A stretch of DNA of 64,000 nt from Bacteroidota bacterium (GTDB taxonomy: Bacteria > Bacteroidota > Ignavibacteria > UBA10030 > UBA6906): assembly GCA_030835135.1 (NCBI GenBank), contig JAUQWO010000075.1:149330-213329 (forward strand), in the 5' to 3' direction. Under the pieces are notes generated by a model that did no database searches, was not told the DNA's origin, and was given only the letters and a program-made list of their open reading frames with translations. Numbering within the stretch: position 1 is the first letter of the stretch; each line of letters starts with the position of its first letter. The translations under genes were made by a program, and so were the position numbers. Positions 30,732 through 39,742 of the stretch are shown here, piece by piece.

Positions 30732-31847
30732 ATGCGTATCCTCGTCATCAACTGGCAGGACATCACCAATCCGCTCGGCGGCGGGGCGGAAGTGCACCTG
30801 CACAGTATCTTCTCGCGCGTGGCGCGACGCGGCCATGATGTGACGCTGCTCTGCAGCGGCTATCCGGGCGCGCCCGCAACCGAGAACCGCGATGGTCTGA
30901 CGATCATCCGCCGCGGAGGGCGGTCCACATTCAACGTGACCGCCCTTCTGTCGTACCTGCGTGAGTGCCGGACCCCGCCGTTCGATGTCGTCATCGATGA
31001 TCTGAACAAGATCCCCTTCCTCACACCCCTGTTCGTCCGCCGGCCGCTCATCGGCATCGCCCATCATCTCTTCGGTACGAGCATCTACCGCGAAGTCAAC
31101 CCGGTGGTCGCTTCGTACGTGTACCTCATGGAGCGGCTGGGCCTGCTCGTCTACCGTCTGAGCGGCATGCCCTTCTTCGTCGTCTCCCCCAGCACGCAGA
31201 AGGAATTCGAGGACCTCGGGTTCGCATCGGCGCGGCTTCACCTGGTGCACAATTGCGTGGACCATGTCGTGCACCGTCCGGCACCGGATCGCCGTTCGCC
31301 GGCGCCGGTGATCGGGGTGGTGGGACGGATGAAGCGGTACAAATGCGTGGACCATGTGCTGCAGGCAATGCCGGCGGTCCTGCAGGCACGTCCGGAGACG
31401 AGGCTTCTGATCGTGGGCGAGGGGGACGACCGTCCGCGCCTCGAGGCGCAGGTGCATGCGCTGGGGATCAACGGTGCCGTGACCTTCACCGGCTACGTGA
31501 GCGATGAGCGGAAGGTGGAGCTGTTGCAGGAGATGTGGTTCAGCGTGACCACGTCATCGAAGGAAGGGTGGGGGCTGACGGTGCTGGAGGCGAATGCCTG
31601 CGGCACGCCGGTGATCGCAACGAATGTGCCCGGGTTGCGCGACGCGGTGAAGGATGGAGAGACAGGAGTGCTGGTACCGTTCGGGGATGCGCGGGCGCTG
31701 GAGCAGGAGATGCTTGCGCTGATCGGCGATGGTGCGCGGCGGGAACGTCTGACGACGGGCGCCCTTGCCTGGGCGGCGGAATTCAATTGGGATAACGCTG
31801 CGACGAAGACCATCGCGGTGCTGGAACGGCTGGTGCACGCACAATAG
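30732..31847 (+). CDS. Glycosyltransferase family 4 (GT-B)
   Basis: 371 aa from MRILVINWQD; C-terminal GT4 signature EGWGLTVLEANACGTPVIATNVPGLRDAV with E-x7-E. Confidence 0.85.
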   Translation: MRILVINWQDITNPLGGGAEVHLHSIFSRVARRGHDVTLLCSGYPGAPATENRDGLTIIRRGGRSTFNVTALLSYLRECRTPPFDVVIDDLNKIPFLTPLFVRRPLIGIAHHLFGTSIYREVNPVVASYVYLMERLGLLVYRLSGMPFFVVSPSTQKEFEDLGFASARLHLVHNCVDHVVHRPAPDRRSPAPVIGVVGRMKRYKCVDHVLQAMPAVLQARPETRLLIVGEGDDRPRLEAQVHALGINGAVTFTGYVSDERKVELLQEMWFSVTTSSKEGWGLTVLEANACGTPVIATNVPGLRDAVKDGETGVLVPFGDARALEQEMLALIGDGARRERLTTGALAWAAEFNWDNAATKTIAVLERLVHAQ

Positions 31848-32095
31848 GAAGGGGCTGGTGTGCTGTAACGAACGTGTAGGGGCGCAGCATGCTGCGCCCG
31901 CACAAAAATAGGAAGGGGCTGGAGTGCTGCGACGAGCGTGTAGGGGCGCAGCAAGCCTGCCAAACAATGTTACGTGGGTAAGGTGCGGTAACGAACGTGT
32001 AGGGGCGCAGCATGCTGCGCCCGCACAAGAATGGGAAGGGGCTGGTGTGCTGCGACGAACGTGTAGGGGCGCAGCATGCTGCGCCCGCACAGGGT
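31847..32095. repeat. Tandem array (~4 copies, 64-bp unit) carrying a 20-bp perfect palindrome GGGCGCAGCATGCTGCGCCC
   Basis: Unit GGAAGGGGCTGGTGTGCTGYRACGAACGTGTAGGGGCGCAGCATGCTGCGCCCGCACAARAATRG. Perfect palindromes at 31880-31899, 32003-32022 and 32067-32086, plus one decayed copy. Lies between the convergent GT4 and DinB-like gene ends. Confidence 0.85.
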
Positions 32096-32127
32096 CAATG
32101 CAGTACCTACGCCGTGGCAACCACGGT

Positions 32128-32607
32128 TCACTTCTTCCCCCGCTTTATCAGCTGTATCTGCCCCGCATGGTACACATCGTGACATGCCACCCCGTACACC
32201 ACCGCTTCGATGGTCACCGCACCGGTTCCCCCCGGCGCCTTCCTGGCAAGGTCCCTGTCGCGCAATGACCCCACGGTCGCGATGAGGTCGCGGTGCGTCT
32301 CTTCAAGGAGTCTCAGGTCGGCGTTCCATTCCTCCGCGGTCGGTACCCCGGGCCGGGCAAAGAAGTTGCTCCCTTTCAACGGGAATGAGCCCCGCTTCGC
32401 TCCGGTGATCCGCCGTACGACCGTATACTTCCAGTACGCGCAGTGGAGCGCGAGTTCCTGAATGCTATGGCGCCCGGGTGCCGGCCGCCATGCGGCCTGC
32501 GCCGGGGTGAGCCCTCTGAGCGATCCCCGCAGGTTCGTGCCGTGCCATGCCTTGCGGTCGTAGGCCTGATGAAGCAGCCGCAGCAGTATCGCAACGCTGT
32601 TGTCCAT
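32128..32607 (-). CDS. DinB/YfiT-like (DinB_2 superfamily) protein
   Basis: 159 aa from MDNSVAILLRLL; His-containing four-helix-bundle motifs (HCAYWKY, CHDVYHAGQ). The ORF-track start at 32808 runs through the repeat array and is an artifact. Confidence 0.6.
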   Translation of the reverse strand: MDNSVAILLRLLHQAYDRKAWHGTNLRGSLRGLTPAQAAWRPAPGRHSIQELALHCAYWKYTVVRRITGAKRGSFPLKGSNFFARPGVPTAEEWNADLRLLEETHRDLIATVGSLRDRDLARKAPGGTGAVTIEAVVYGVACHDVYHAGQIQLIKRGKK

Positions 32608-32653
32608 CTTGTCTCCAGTATAGTGCTTGGCCGGTTGGTGCATCGATCGGGTA

Positions 32654-32806
32654 GGGGCGCAGCATGCTGCGCCCCTACAAGGGTAACGGTGTGTACATGC
32701 TGCGCCCCTACAAGGGCAGCGGTGTGCACATGACGCCCGCCTACAAGGGTAACGATGTGCACGTGCTGCCCCCCTGCAAGGCGACGGTGTGTACATGCTG
32801 CGCCCC
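32654..32806. repeat. Second array: 22-bp perfect palindrome GGGGCGCAGCATGCTGCGCCCC plus four ~33-bp half-palindrome units
   Basis: Palindrome at 32654-32675 followed by degenerating units TACAAGGGTAACGGTGTGTACATGCTGCGCCCC. Lies between the DinB-like start and the TonB-dependent receptor stop. Confidence 0.8.
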
Positions 32807-32820
32807 AATCCGCCGCGTGT

Positions 32821-34875
32821 CTAGTTCAGGAACTCCCACGACACGCCGAACCTGAACCGCCGGCCCAGCGCCGGAGTGAAGGGGGTGGTGAAATACTGGA
32901 CGTCGGTGACGTTCTCCCAGAGCACATGGATATACGCATCACCGATATGCCCGATGAGGACGAGGTCGAGCGTGGACGCCGCGCCCAGCTGGGGACTGGT
33001 ATTGACGAGGGGGAAGAGGTCGCGGCTCAGTACTGTCGCACCGTAGTATCGTCCCTGCACCTGCCCGCGCACGCCGACCTGCAGTTCAAGTGCATCGTTC
33101 AGGATGCGGTTCCTGTAATAGACGCCTCCGCGTGCATACCCCCGGGGCGGTTCATCGAGGGCGATGGCCGGCATCTTCTCCCAACGCACGATCCCCGCCG
33201 TCCCCTCGATCGTGAACCAGGCGACGTGGAGTTTCACTGCGATGTCGAGACTATGGAGCCGGCACTCTTCCTCGCTCTTCTGAAGGAAGATCCATGGGCG
33301 CAGTGTATCCGCCGACAGCGGTCCTGATGTCACGAGCAGACCCGATGAGATGCCGATGAAGTTGCGGATCGTCCGGTAGCCATAGTTGATCTTCGCTGTG
33401 CCGGTATGTCCGAGGTCGAACTCCACGCCCGCTTCGAACAGCAGATGACGCTCCTTGTCGGGGAGGATCGTGGGCATGACCTTCCCCCAGAAGACCGGCT
33501 CCGTGAAGGTGGCAGAGCGTTCCATGAGCGCCGCCCCCGCGGTGAGCGTCAGCAGATCGCCCGGGCGAAAACGGATATCGCTCCCGCCGCCGAAGTACAT
33601 CTGCCTGCTGATGTTGTCCACCCTGCCGTACACCGCCCAGCGACCGCGATCACCGAACGCCAGCTCATGCGTGAACCATCCCCCGATGGTCGTGCGATGG
33701 AATGTTCCCATCGCTGAACCGCCACGCATCCTCTGGTCGTCGAGTGAGAGACCCATGGTGAATGCGTGGGACCCCCGGTCGAATCGCTGGCGGACCTGGA
33801 GGCCCGTCCGCGCGAGCCGATGATCCTCGGCCAGGAACAGGCCATTCGGTGTCGTGCGGTTCTCTTCATCCCGGTATTCGCGGACGCCCTGCGACCTGTA
33901 GGCCGACACCGAGGTGCATGCCGTCGAGTCGTCCGTAAAACTGCCCGACAGCTGGAGGGAAAGATCATGCCGCGTGTTCTTCTCGTAGGCATCCGGGTTC
34001 CGGACGATCGCCTGCTGGGTCGAGAAGGCGAGCGCGGTGCCGGTGGCGGTCAGATCGATCCCCTCGTTCAATCCCGTCTGCGTCTGCGTATACAGGTAGT
34101 GCGCGGTGAGGTCCCAGTTCTTGCCCGGGTGGTAGCGCACATCCGTGCGGAGATTCCACTGCTCGTGCCCGCTGTTATCGAACCGCCCGCCCGTGCCCTG
34201 ATACTGATACCCGGCCTGCACGCTCACGCGCTGACTGATGTCCTGCACGAACGACCCGTCGCTTGTGGCATAACTGTAGTCGGATTCTTCATACCGGATG
34301 CGGGTCATGGGGGTGACGCGCGAGATCCGGGGACGGATGATATTGATCGCGGCTCCCGTTGCCCCCGTGCCGTGCACGAATGACCGCGTGCCGGTCATCA
34401 CCTCGATCCGGTCGGCCATGCCGGCGGGGATCATGGAGAGGTTCGGTGCTCCCGCCGAGGGGTCGCTCATGGGGATACCATCCACCATCACAACCGTCCC
34501 GCGCCAGTCGATCCCGTGGACGTAGGGGCGCATGTACTGGCCGACGCTCGACGGGTCTGCCATGTATACGCCAGGAACGTTCGCGAGAATATCGTTGAGG
34601 GAAACGGGCGTCTGCCATTCCATCGCGGTCGCTGTGATGGTTTCGGTCGTATCCGCGGAGAGCATCACGGATCCCGCCCAGCGCCGGACATCGAAGTGCA
34701 TCAGCGTGTCCGGCCGCGCTTTCCGGGTCGAGTCGGGCACCGCGCTGCGCACTCCCGGAGGAGGACCTTCGGTCCGTTTCTCTTTCTCCTGGGCAACCGA
34801 GGGAGCGGATGCGTTGATCGTCAGGAGCAGGACCAGAAGGGCGGGTTGTACCCTGCGGAGGGAAGAGACGTTCAT
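32821..34875 (-). CDS. TonB-dependent outer membrane receptor
   Basis: 684 aa; signal peptide; plug-domain motifs (VSLNDILANVPGVY; IEVMTGTRSFVHGTGATGAAINI); 22-strand barrel-sized C-terminus ending WEFLN. Confidence 0.8.
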   Translation of the reverse strand: MNVSSLRRVQPALLVLLLTINASAPSVAQEKEKRTEGPPPGVRSAVPDSTRKARPDTLMHFDVRRWAGSVMLSADTTETITATAMEWQTPVSLNDILANVPGVYMADPSSVGQYMRPYVHGIDWRGTVVMVDGIPMSDPSAGAPNLSMIPAGMADRIEVMTGTRSFVHGTGATGAAINIIRPRISRVTPMTRIRYEESDYSYATSDGSFVQDISQRVSVQAGYQYQGTGGRFDNSGHEQWNLRTDVRYHPGKNWDLTAHYLYTQTQTGLNEGIDLTATGTALAFSTQQAIVRNPDAYEKNTRHDLSLQLSGSFTDDSTACTSVSAYRSQGVREYRDEENRTTPNGLFLAEDHRLARTGLQVRQRFDRGSHAFTMGLSLDDQRMRGGSAMGTFHRTTIGGWFTHELAFGDRGRWAVYGRVDNISRQMYFGGGSDIRFRPGDLLTLTAGAALMERSATFTEPVFWGKVMPTILPDKERHLLFEAGVEFDLGHTGTAKINYGYRTIRNFIGISSGLLVTSGPLSADTLRPWIFLQKSEEECRLHSLDIAVKLHVAWFTIEGTAGIVRWEKMPAIALDEPPRGYARGGVYYRNRILNDALELQVGVRGQVQGRYYGATVLSRDLFPLVNTSPQLGAASTLDLVLIGHIGDAYIHVLWENVTDVQYFTTPFTPALGRRFRFGVSWEFLN

Positions 34876-34878
34876 CGG

Positions 34879-35724
34879 TCAGGCGCCCGTGAAGTGCGGA
34901 GGCGTGACGAATGTGCGGTAGCCGGCGGCTTCGAACGGCGCCGCGCACCGGTGTGCAGCGGGTTCATCGGGGAAGAACCCATAGACCGTGGAACCGCTGC
35001 CGGACATCATCGCAAAGACGGCGCCGGCGGCAAGCATCTTCTCCTTGATCGCACGGACCTGCGGATGCGCCGCGAAGACCACCGGTTCAAAATCATTCCG
35101 GAGCTGCTCCCGTAGCAGGGCAGGGTCACGCAGGCCTTCGCGCACCACCGCGGCGAGGTCGGCCGGCTTGCCTGTCATTCCCGACGTGATCTGTCCGTAC
35201 GCCCAGCCCGTGGCGACGTGGATCCCGGGATTGCAGAGGAGGATGCTGTAGGGAATGTCGAGATCGAAATAGGTGAGCAGTTCTCCGCGGCCGGCAGCAA
35301 CGGCGGATCCGGGAGAGAGAAAGTAAGGAACGTCCGACCCGAGCTTGAGTGCCATCGTGCGCAGCATGGCGTCGGGGACCGCCCCTTTCCAGAGGCCGGG
35401 GAGTTCGCGCAGGACGCATGCCGCGTCGGCACTGCCTCCGCCGAGGCCGGCGCCGACGGGAACGTGCTTCTCGATGTGAATGTGCACGCCCTGCGTCATG
35501 CCGAGGTGCGTCTGGAGCACTGCGGCTGCCTTATAGCAGATGTTGGTCTGATCGGAGGGCGCGTCGGGCGAGGATGACGTGACGCGGATCGCGGCGGCGG
35601 GCTCGAGCCGCAGGGCATCGGCAACCGCGATACGATGGAACACGGTCTCGATGTTGTGGAAACCATCCGGGCGCCTCTCGACGACGTAGAGGCCGATATT
35701 GATCTTTGCGTAAGCCTGAAACAT
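34879..35724 (-). CDS. ispE: 4-diphosphocytidyl-2-C-methyl-D-erythritol kinase
   Basis: 281 aa; AYAKINIGLYV ... GHMP kinase motif PVGAGLGGGSADAA. Confidence 0.9.
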   Translation of the reverse strand: MFQAYAKINIGLYVVERRPDGFHNIETVFHRIAVADALRLEPAAAIRVTSSSPDAPSDQTNICYKAAAVLQTHLGMTQGVHIHIEKHVPVGAGLGGGSADAACVLRELPGLWKGAVPDAMLRTMALKLGSDVPYFLSPGSAVAAGRGELLTYFDLDIPYSILLCNPGIHVATGWAYGQITSGMTGKPADLAAVVREGLRDPALLREQLRNDFEPVVFAAHPQVRAIKEKMLAAGAVFAMMSGSGSTVYGFFPDEPAAHRCAAPFEAAGYRTFVTPPHFTGA

Positions 35725-35771
35725 AGGTGGTCGGGTTCAGAATAGCGAAAAAACCGGAGAAAATCACCTCT

Positions 35772-35800
35772 TTGATTGTCAACGTGGTTTTTCGTACAAT
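35772..35800 (+). promoter_or_regulatory. Sigma-70-type promoter TTGATT-N17-TACAAT for the symporter-kds-lpt operon
   Basis: -35 at 35772-35777, exact 17-nt spacer, -10 TACAAT at 35795-35800, 32 bp before the ATG at 35832. Confidence 0.5.
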
Positions 35801-35831
35801 GAACAACTGAGAAACAACCGGACGCTCCCGC

Positions 35832-37379
35832 ATGGCTATGCGCCTCCCCAGGCTTCAATTGCACAATAAGATCCTCCTTGCGCTCGTCCTCGGGGCCGCG
35901 TTCGGCGCGGTCTTCAATGTGAGCAAATATGAGCTCGCCATTTCCTCCCGCCTGAACGGCGAGCGGGTGACGGCAGAGGTCGCGCACTGGACTGCGGTCG
36001 AGTTCGTCGGGGCAGATGGAAAGGTGTTCGCCACGTTCGGGCCGGAGGACCAACTCCGGATCCTCCCCGCATTCTCCCGGCTGAAACCGGAGGAGAAACG
36101 CGCGACGGCAGTCCGTATCGCGACGGTTGCGCCTGATGCCGGGGGGACGGACGTCCGGACCGGGCGGACCTTCGAACACGTGACATCGATCGAGAAGGTG
36201 AAGACGATCGCGGTCATGATCAAGCCGGTCGGCACGATCTTCATCCGTCTGCTGATGTTCGTTGCCATCCCGCTCGTCATCTCATCCCTGATCGTGGGGG
36301 CGGCAAGTCTGGGTGATATCCGGAAGGTCGGACGCATCGGCGCGAAGACGCTCCTCTTCTATGCCATCACCATCGTATCGGCGATCACGATCGGTCTGAT
36401 CCTGGTGAATGCCATCCAGCCCGGAACGCGCCTTGCCCCCGAGGCGCGCGAGAAGCTGATCATGGAGTTCCAGGGCAACGGCACAGCGGCCATGACCACG
36501 GATGCTGATCTGGACCTCACGGACATGCTGGTGCGCATCGTGGCGACGAATCCGGTGGAGGCGATGGCGAAAGGCGACATGCTCCAGATCGTGTTCTTCT
36601 CGCTGATGGTCGGCGTCAGCCTCACTGCTATCGCGAAAGAGAAGGCCGCCCACGTGGTCGGGTTCTTCGACGGATTCAGCGACCTGATGATCCATATGGT
36701 CGATATGATCATGACGATCGCCCCCTATGGCGTCTTTGCCCTCATTGCCGCCACCGTCGGCGAGTTCGGGTTCGAGATCCTGACGACACTGGCATGGTAT
36801 GCGGGCACGCTGATCCTGGGGTTCGTGATCCACCAGTTCATCACCCTCGGGCTGATGGTCCGGGCCTTTGGCGGCCTCCATCCGCTGCGGTTCTTCCGCG
36901 CATTGAAGGACGTCATGCTCATCGCGTTCAGTTCGAGTTCCAGCGCCGCCACGCTGCCGCTGAACATGGAGACGTGCGAGCAGAAGCTTGGGGTACCTAA
37001 ACAGATCACCAGTTTCGTGCTCCCGCTCGGCGCAACGGTCAACATGGATGGCACATCGATGTACCAGGCGGTGGCCACGGTGTTCATTGCCCAGGTCTAT
37101 GGCATCGATCTCGGTCTGACCGCCCAGCTCACCATCCTGCTCACGGCGGTCCTTGCGTCGATCGGGACCGCACCGGTCCCGGGCGTCGGGATCGTCATGC
37201 TGATCATCGTTCTGCGTTCGGTGAACGTGCCGGAGGAAGGCATCGCGCTCATTCTCGGCGTGGACCGCATCCTGGACATGATGCGGACCGTACTCAATGT
37301 GAGCGGCGACGCGGTCGTTGCGGTCATCATGGCCAGGCAGGAAGGCGTCCTCAGGAACCCTGAAGGAGTTGCAGCATGA
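35832..37379 (+). CDS. Dicarboxylate/amino acid:cation symporter (DAACS/GltP family) with ~85-aa insertion after TM1
   Basis: 515 aa; conserved DAACS cores (GATVNMDGTSMYQAVATVFIAQ; AAILASIGTAPVPGVG-like); unusual soluble insert between TM1 and TM2. Confidence 0.85.
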   Translation: MAMRLPRLQLHNKILLALVLGAAFGAVFNVSKYELAISSRLNGERVTAEVAHWTAVEFVGADGKVFATFGPEDQLRILPAFSRLKPEEKRATAVRIATVAPDAGGTDVRTGRTFEHVTSIEKVKTIAVMIKPVGTIFIRLLMFVAIPLVISSLIVGAASLGDIRKVGRIGAKTLLFYAITIVSAITIGLILVNAIQPGTRLAPEAREKLIMEFQGNGTAAMTTDADLDLTDMLVRIVATNPVEAMAKGDMLQIVFFSLMVGVSLTAIAKEKAAHVVGFFDGFSDLMIHMVDMIMTIAPYGVFALIAATVGEFGFEILTTLAWYAGTLILGFVIHQFITLGLMVRAFGGLHPLRFFRALKDVMLIAFSSSSSAATLPLNMETCEQKLGVPKQITSFVLPLGATVNMDGTSMYQAVATVFIAQVYGIDLGLTAQLTILLTAVLASIGTAPVPGVGIVMLIIVLRSVNVPEEGIALILGVDRILDMMRTVLNVSGDAVVAVIMARQEGVLRNPEGVAA

Positions 37380-38200
37380 ATGTCACCGTCGGTCATCTCA
37401 CCATCGGCCGCGGACTCCCGCTGGTTCTCATCGCGGGTCCGTGCGTCATCGAGAACCGTGACCTCGTCATGCGCACCGCGGAAGCGGTGAAGAAGGTCTC
37501 CGATGCCCGCCACATGCCCGTCATCTTCAAGTCGTCATACAGGAAAGCCAATCGCACGAGCAAGAGCGGCTTCACCGGCCCCGGGATGGAGGAAGGGCTC
37601 AGGATCCTGGGGGAAGTGCGTGCGCAGTTCGGGATGCCCGTGCTGACCGATATCCATACAGAGGAGGAAGCCGTGACGGCCGGACTGGTCGCGGACGTGC
37701 TGCAGATCCCTGCATTCCTGTGCCGGCAATCGGAATTGCTGCATGCGGCCGGGCGCACCGGGAAAGTGGTGAACATCAAGAAGGGACAATTCCTCGCGCC
37801 GGAAGACATGCGGCATGCCGCGGATAAGGTGCGGGAGACGGGGAATCAGGCCATCATGCTGACCGAGCGTGGTGCGACGTTCGGATACCACAACCTCGTG
37901 GTGGACGTGCGGTCGTTGCCGATCATGCGCGCGACCGGATGCCCCGTGGTGCTCGATGCCACCCACGCGGTCCAGCTTCCCGGAGGCGACGCCTCGGGGG
38001 GGCGGTCCGGCGGACAGCCGGAGTTCATCTTCCCCATTGCCCGGGCGGGTGTGGCCGCGGGCGTGGATGCCCTCTTCGTCGAGGTGCACCCCGATCCGCC
38101 TGCGGCCCTCAGTGACGCTGCGAGCCAGCTCCACCTGGACCGGCTCGATGCGCTGCTCGAACAGGTCCTGCCGATCCACGAAGTCGTGAAGGGGCTCTGA
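37376..38200 (+). CDS. kdsA: 3-deoxy-8-phosphooctulonate (KDO8P) synthase
   Basis: 274 aa; LIAGPCVIE ... KSSYRKANRTS ... typical KdsA; ATGA overlap with the symporter. Confidence 0.92.
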   Translation: MNVTVGHLTIGRGLPLVLIAGPCVIENRDLVMRTAEAVKKVSDARHMPVIFKSSYRKANRTSKSGFTGPGMEEGLRILGEVRAQFGMPVLTDIHTEEEAVTAGLVADVLQIPAFLCRQSELLHAAGRTGKVVNIKKGQFLAPEDMRHAADKVRETGNQAIMLTERGATFGYHNLVVDVRSLPIMRATGCPVVLDATHAVQLPGGDASGGRSGGQPEFIFPIARAGVAAGVDALFVEVHPDPPAALSDAASQLHLDRLDALLEQVLPIHEVVKGL

Positions 38201-38203
38201 CCG

Positions 38204-38734
38204 ATGGCGAAGCGGGTTCCGGGCAGCAGACTCATGCAGATCAGGATGGTCCTTCTGGATGTGGACGGCGTGATGACCGATGGCGGATTGTACTACGGCG
38301 CCGATGGTCATGAGTTGAAGAGATTCCATGCGCACGACGGCTACGGTGTCGTCCGGGCGCGCGACCACGGACTCCGTGTCGGGATCATCAGCGGTCGCAC
38401 CACGCCGATCGTGGATGCGCGGGCACAGGTCCTGAAGATCGACGACGTGTTCCAGGGGACGATGGAGAAGGTGACGCCGATGCGGATCCTGCAGGAGAAG
38501 TACGGCCTGCAGGAGAAGGAGTTCGCGTTCATAGGAGACGAGCTGTTCGACCTTCCGTTGCTCCGGCTCGTCGGGTTCTCGGCGGCGCCGCGCAATGCGC
38601 GCGCCGAAGTGAAGCGCGAGGTGGACTATGTCACCACAGTGGACGGCGGCAACGGGGCCGTCCGCGAGGTGATCGACATGATCATCGCACAGCAGACCCG
38701 TGCAGCCCGTGGCCCGGGGCGCTCCCGCCACTGA
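38204..38734 (+). CDS. kdsC: KDO 8-phosphate phosphatase (HAD family)
   Basis: 176 aa; LLDVDGVMTDG ... IISGR ... GDE motifs. Confidence 0.85.
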   Translation: MAKRVPGSRLMQIRMVLLDVDGVMTDGGLYYGADGHELKRFHAHDGYGVVRARDHGLRVGIISGRTTPIVDARAQVLKIDDVFQGTMEKVTPMRILQEKYGLQEKEFAFIGDELFDLPLLRLVGFSAAPRNARAEVKREVDYVTTVDGGNGAVREVIDMIIAQQTRAARGPGRSRH

Positions 38735-38752
38735 TCATCGGATGAGAGCATC

Positions 38753-39742
38753 ATGAACGATACCACTGAAGCGATCGCCAAGGGAAGAGAGGTCGTCCGC
38801 ATTGAACGGGACGCCGTGAGCGCCCTCGAGGAGCGGATCGGGGAAGAGTTCGGACGCGCGGTGGACCTGCTTGCGTCGTGCAAGGGGCGCGTGATCATCA
38901 CCGGTGTCGGCAAGTCCGGCATCATCGCCCGCAAGATCGTGGCGACGATGAATTCCACCGGTACGCCGTCGGTGTTCCTCCATCCTTCGGACGCCGTTCA
39001 CGGCGACCTCGGGATCGTCCGTCAGGACGATGTGGTCATCACGCTCTCCAAGAGCGGGAACTCCAACGAACTGAACATGCTCCTGCCCATGTTCAAACGC
39101 ATCGGCGTGCCGATCGTCTCGCTCGTGGGCAGGATGAACTCCCTGCTCGCGCGGGAGTCGACTGTTGCCCTGGACGCGTCCGTGACCGAAGAAGCATGTC
39201 CGCTGGACCTCGCACCGACGTCATCGACCACCGTCTCCCTCGTCCTCGGTGACGCCCTGGCGATCGCCCTCCTGGACCGCCGGCAATTCCGCAAGGAGGA
39301 GTTCGCACTGTACCATCCCGGCGGAACGCTCGGCAAACGCCTCCTCCTGAAGGTCGATGAGCTGATGGTGAACGGCGATGCGATCCCGCGGGTCAGCGGG
39401 ACCGTGCCGCTGCGCGACGCCATCGTCGAGATCACCTCAAAGAGGCTCGGCTGCACCTGCGTGATCGCGCCGGACGGCACGCTGGCGGGGATCATCACCG
39501 ATGGTGACCTGCGGCGTCTGCTGCAGAAGACCACCGACCTCTCCGGGGTGACCGCCGCGGATGCGATGACCCGCAATCCGAAGACCGCGCGGGCCGGATC
39601 GCTCGCCGTCGTGGTCCTCCAGGAAATGGAATCCTACAAGATCACCCAGATCGTGGTCGTGGATGACGGCCATCATCCCGTCGGGGTCGTCCATCTGCAT
39701 GAACTCGTCAATGCGGGACTGGGAGGGGAGGACCGCACATGA
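38753..39742 (+). CDS. kdsD: Arabinose-5-phosphate isomerase (KpsF/GutQ/KdsD), SIS + tandem CBS
   Basis: 329 aa; SIS motif VIITGVGKSGIIARKI; two C-terminal CBS domains. Confidence 0.9.
   Translation: MNDTTEAIAKGREVVRIERDAVSALEERIGEEFGRAVDLLASCKGRVIITGVGKSGIIARKIVATMNSTGTPSVFLHPSDAVHGDLGIVRQDDVVITLSKSGNSNELNMLLPMFKRIGVPIVSLVGRMNSLLARESTVALDASVTEEACPLDLAPTSSTTVSLVLGDALAIALLDRRQFRKEEFALYHPGGTLGKRLLLKVDELMVNGDAIPRVSGTVPLRDAIVEITSKRLGCTCVIAPDGTLAGIITDGDLRRLLQKTTDLSGVTAADAMTRNPKTARAGSLAVVVLQEMESYKITQIVVVDDGHHPVGVVHLHELVNAGLGGEDRT

Noticed and set aside
27851-30769. 972-aa minus-strand ORF fully overlapping the DUF2723 gene
   Set aside because: Arg/His/Asp/Glu-rich low-complexity translation with no TM helices or motifs, typical of an antisense frame in a high-GC3 genome. 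The plus-strand product has the DUF2723 hallmark (FWDVGEF...HPPGSPL) and a coherent TM topology.
31554-32808. ORFs in several frames on both strands across the repeat arrays (e.g. 31554-32120, 31783-32028, 32128-32808 N-terminal extension) encoding reiterated peptides such as CAGAACCAPTRS / CRGAACTHRYP
   Set aside because: They are translation artifacts of the tandem DNA repeats (33-bp period = 11 codons). The DinB-like gene begins at the internal ATG (32607) after the array.
31847-32830. Possible CRISPR array (repeated ~30-bp palindromic elements with interspersed sequence)
   Set aside because: The segments between the palindromes are themselves repeated (GGAAGGGGCTGGTGTGCTG...), i.e. no unique spacers. 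The unit is a 64-bp (array 1) or 33-bp (array 2) tandem repeat. Copies decay progressively, and no cas genes are present. Interpreted as a REP/MITE-like tandem palindromic repeat.
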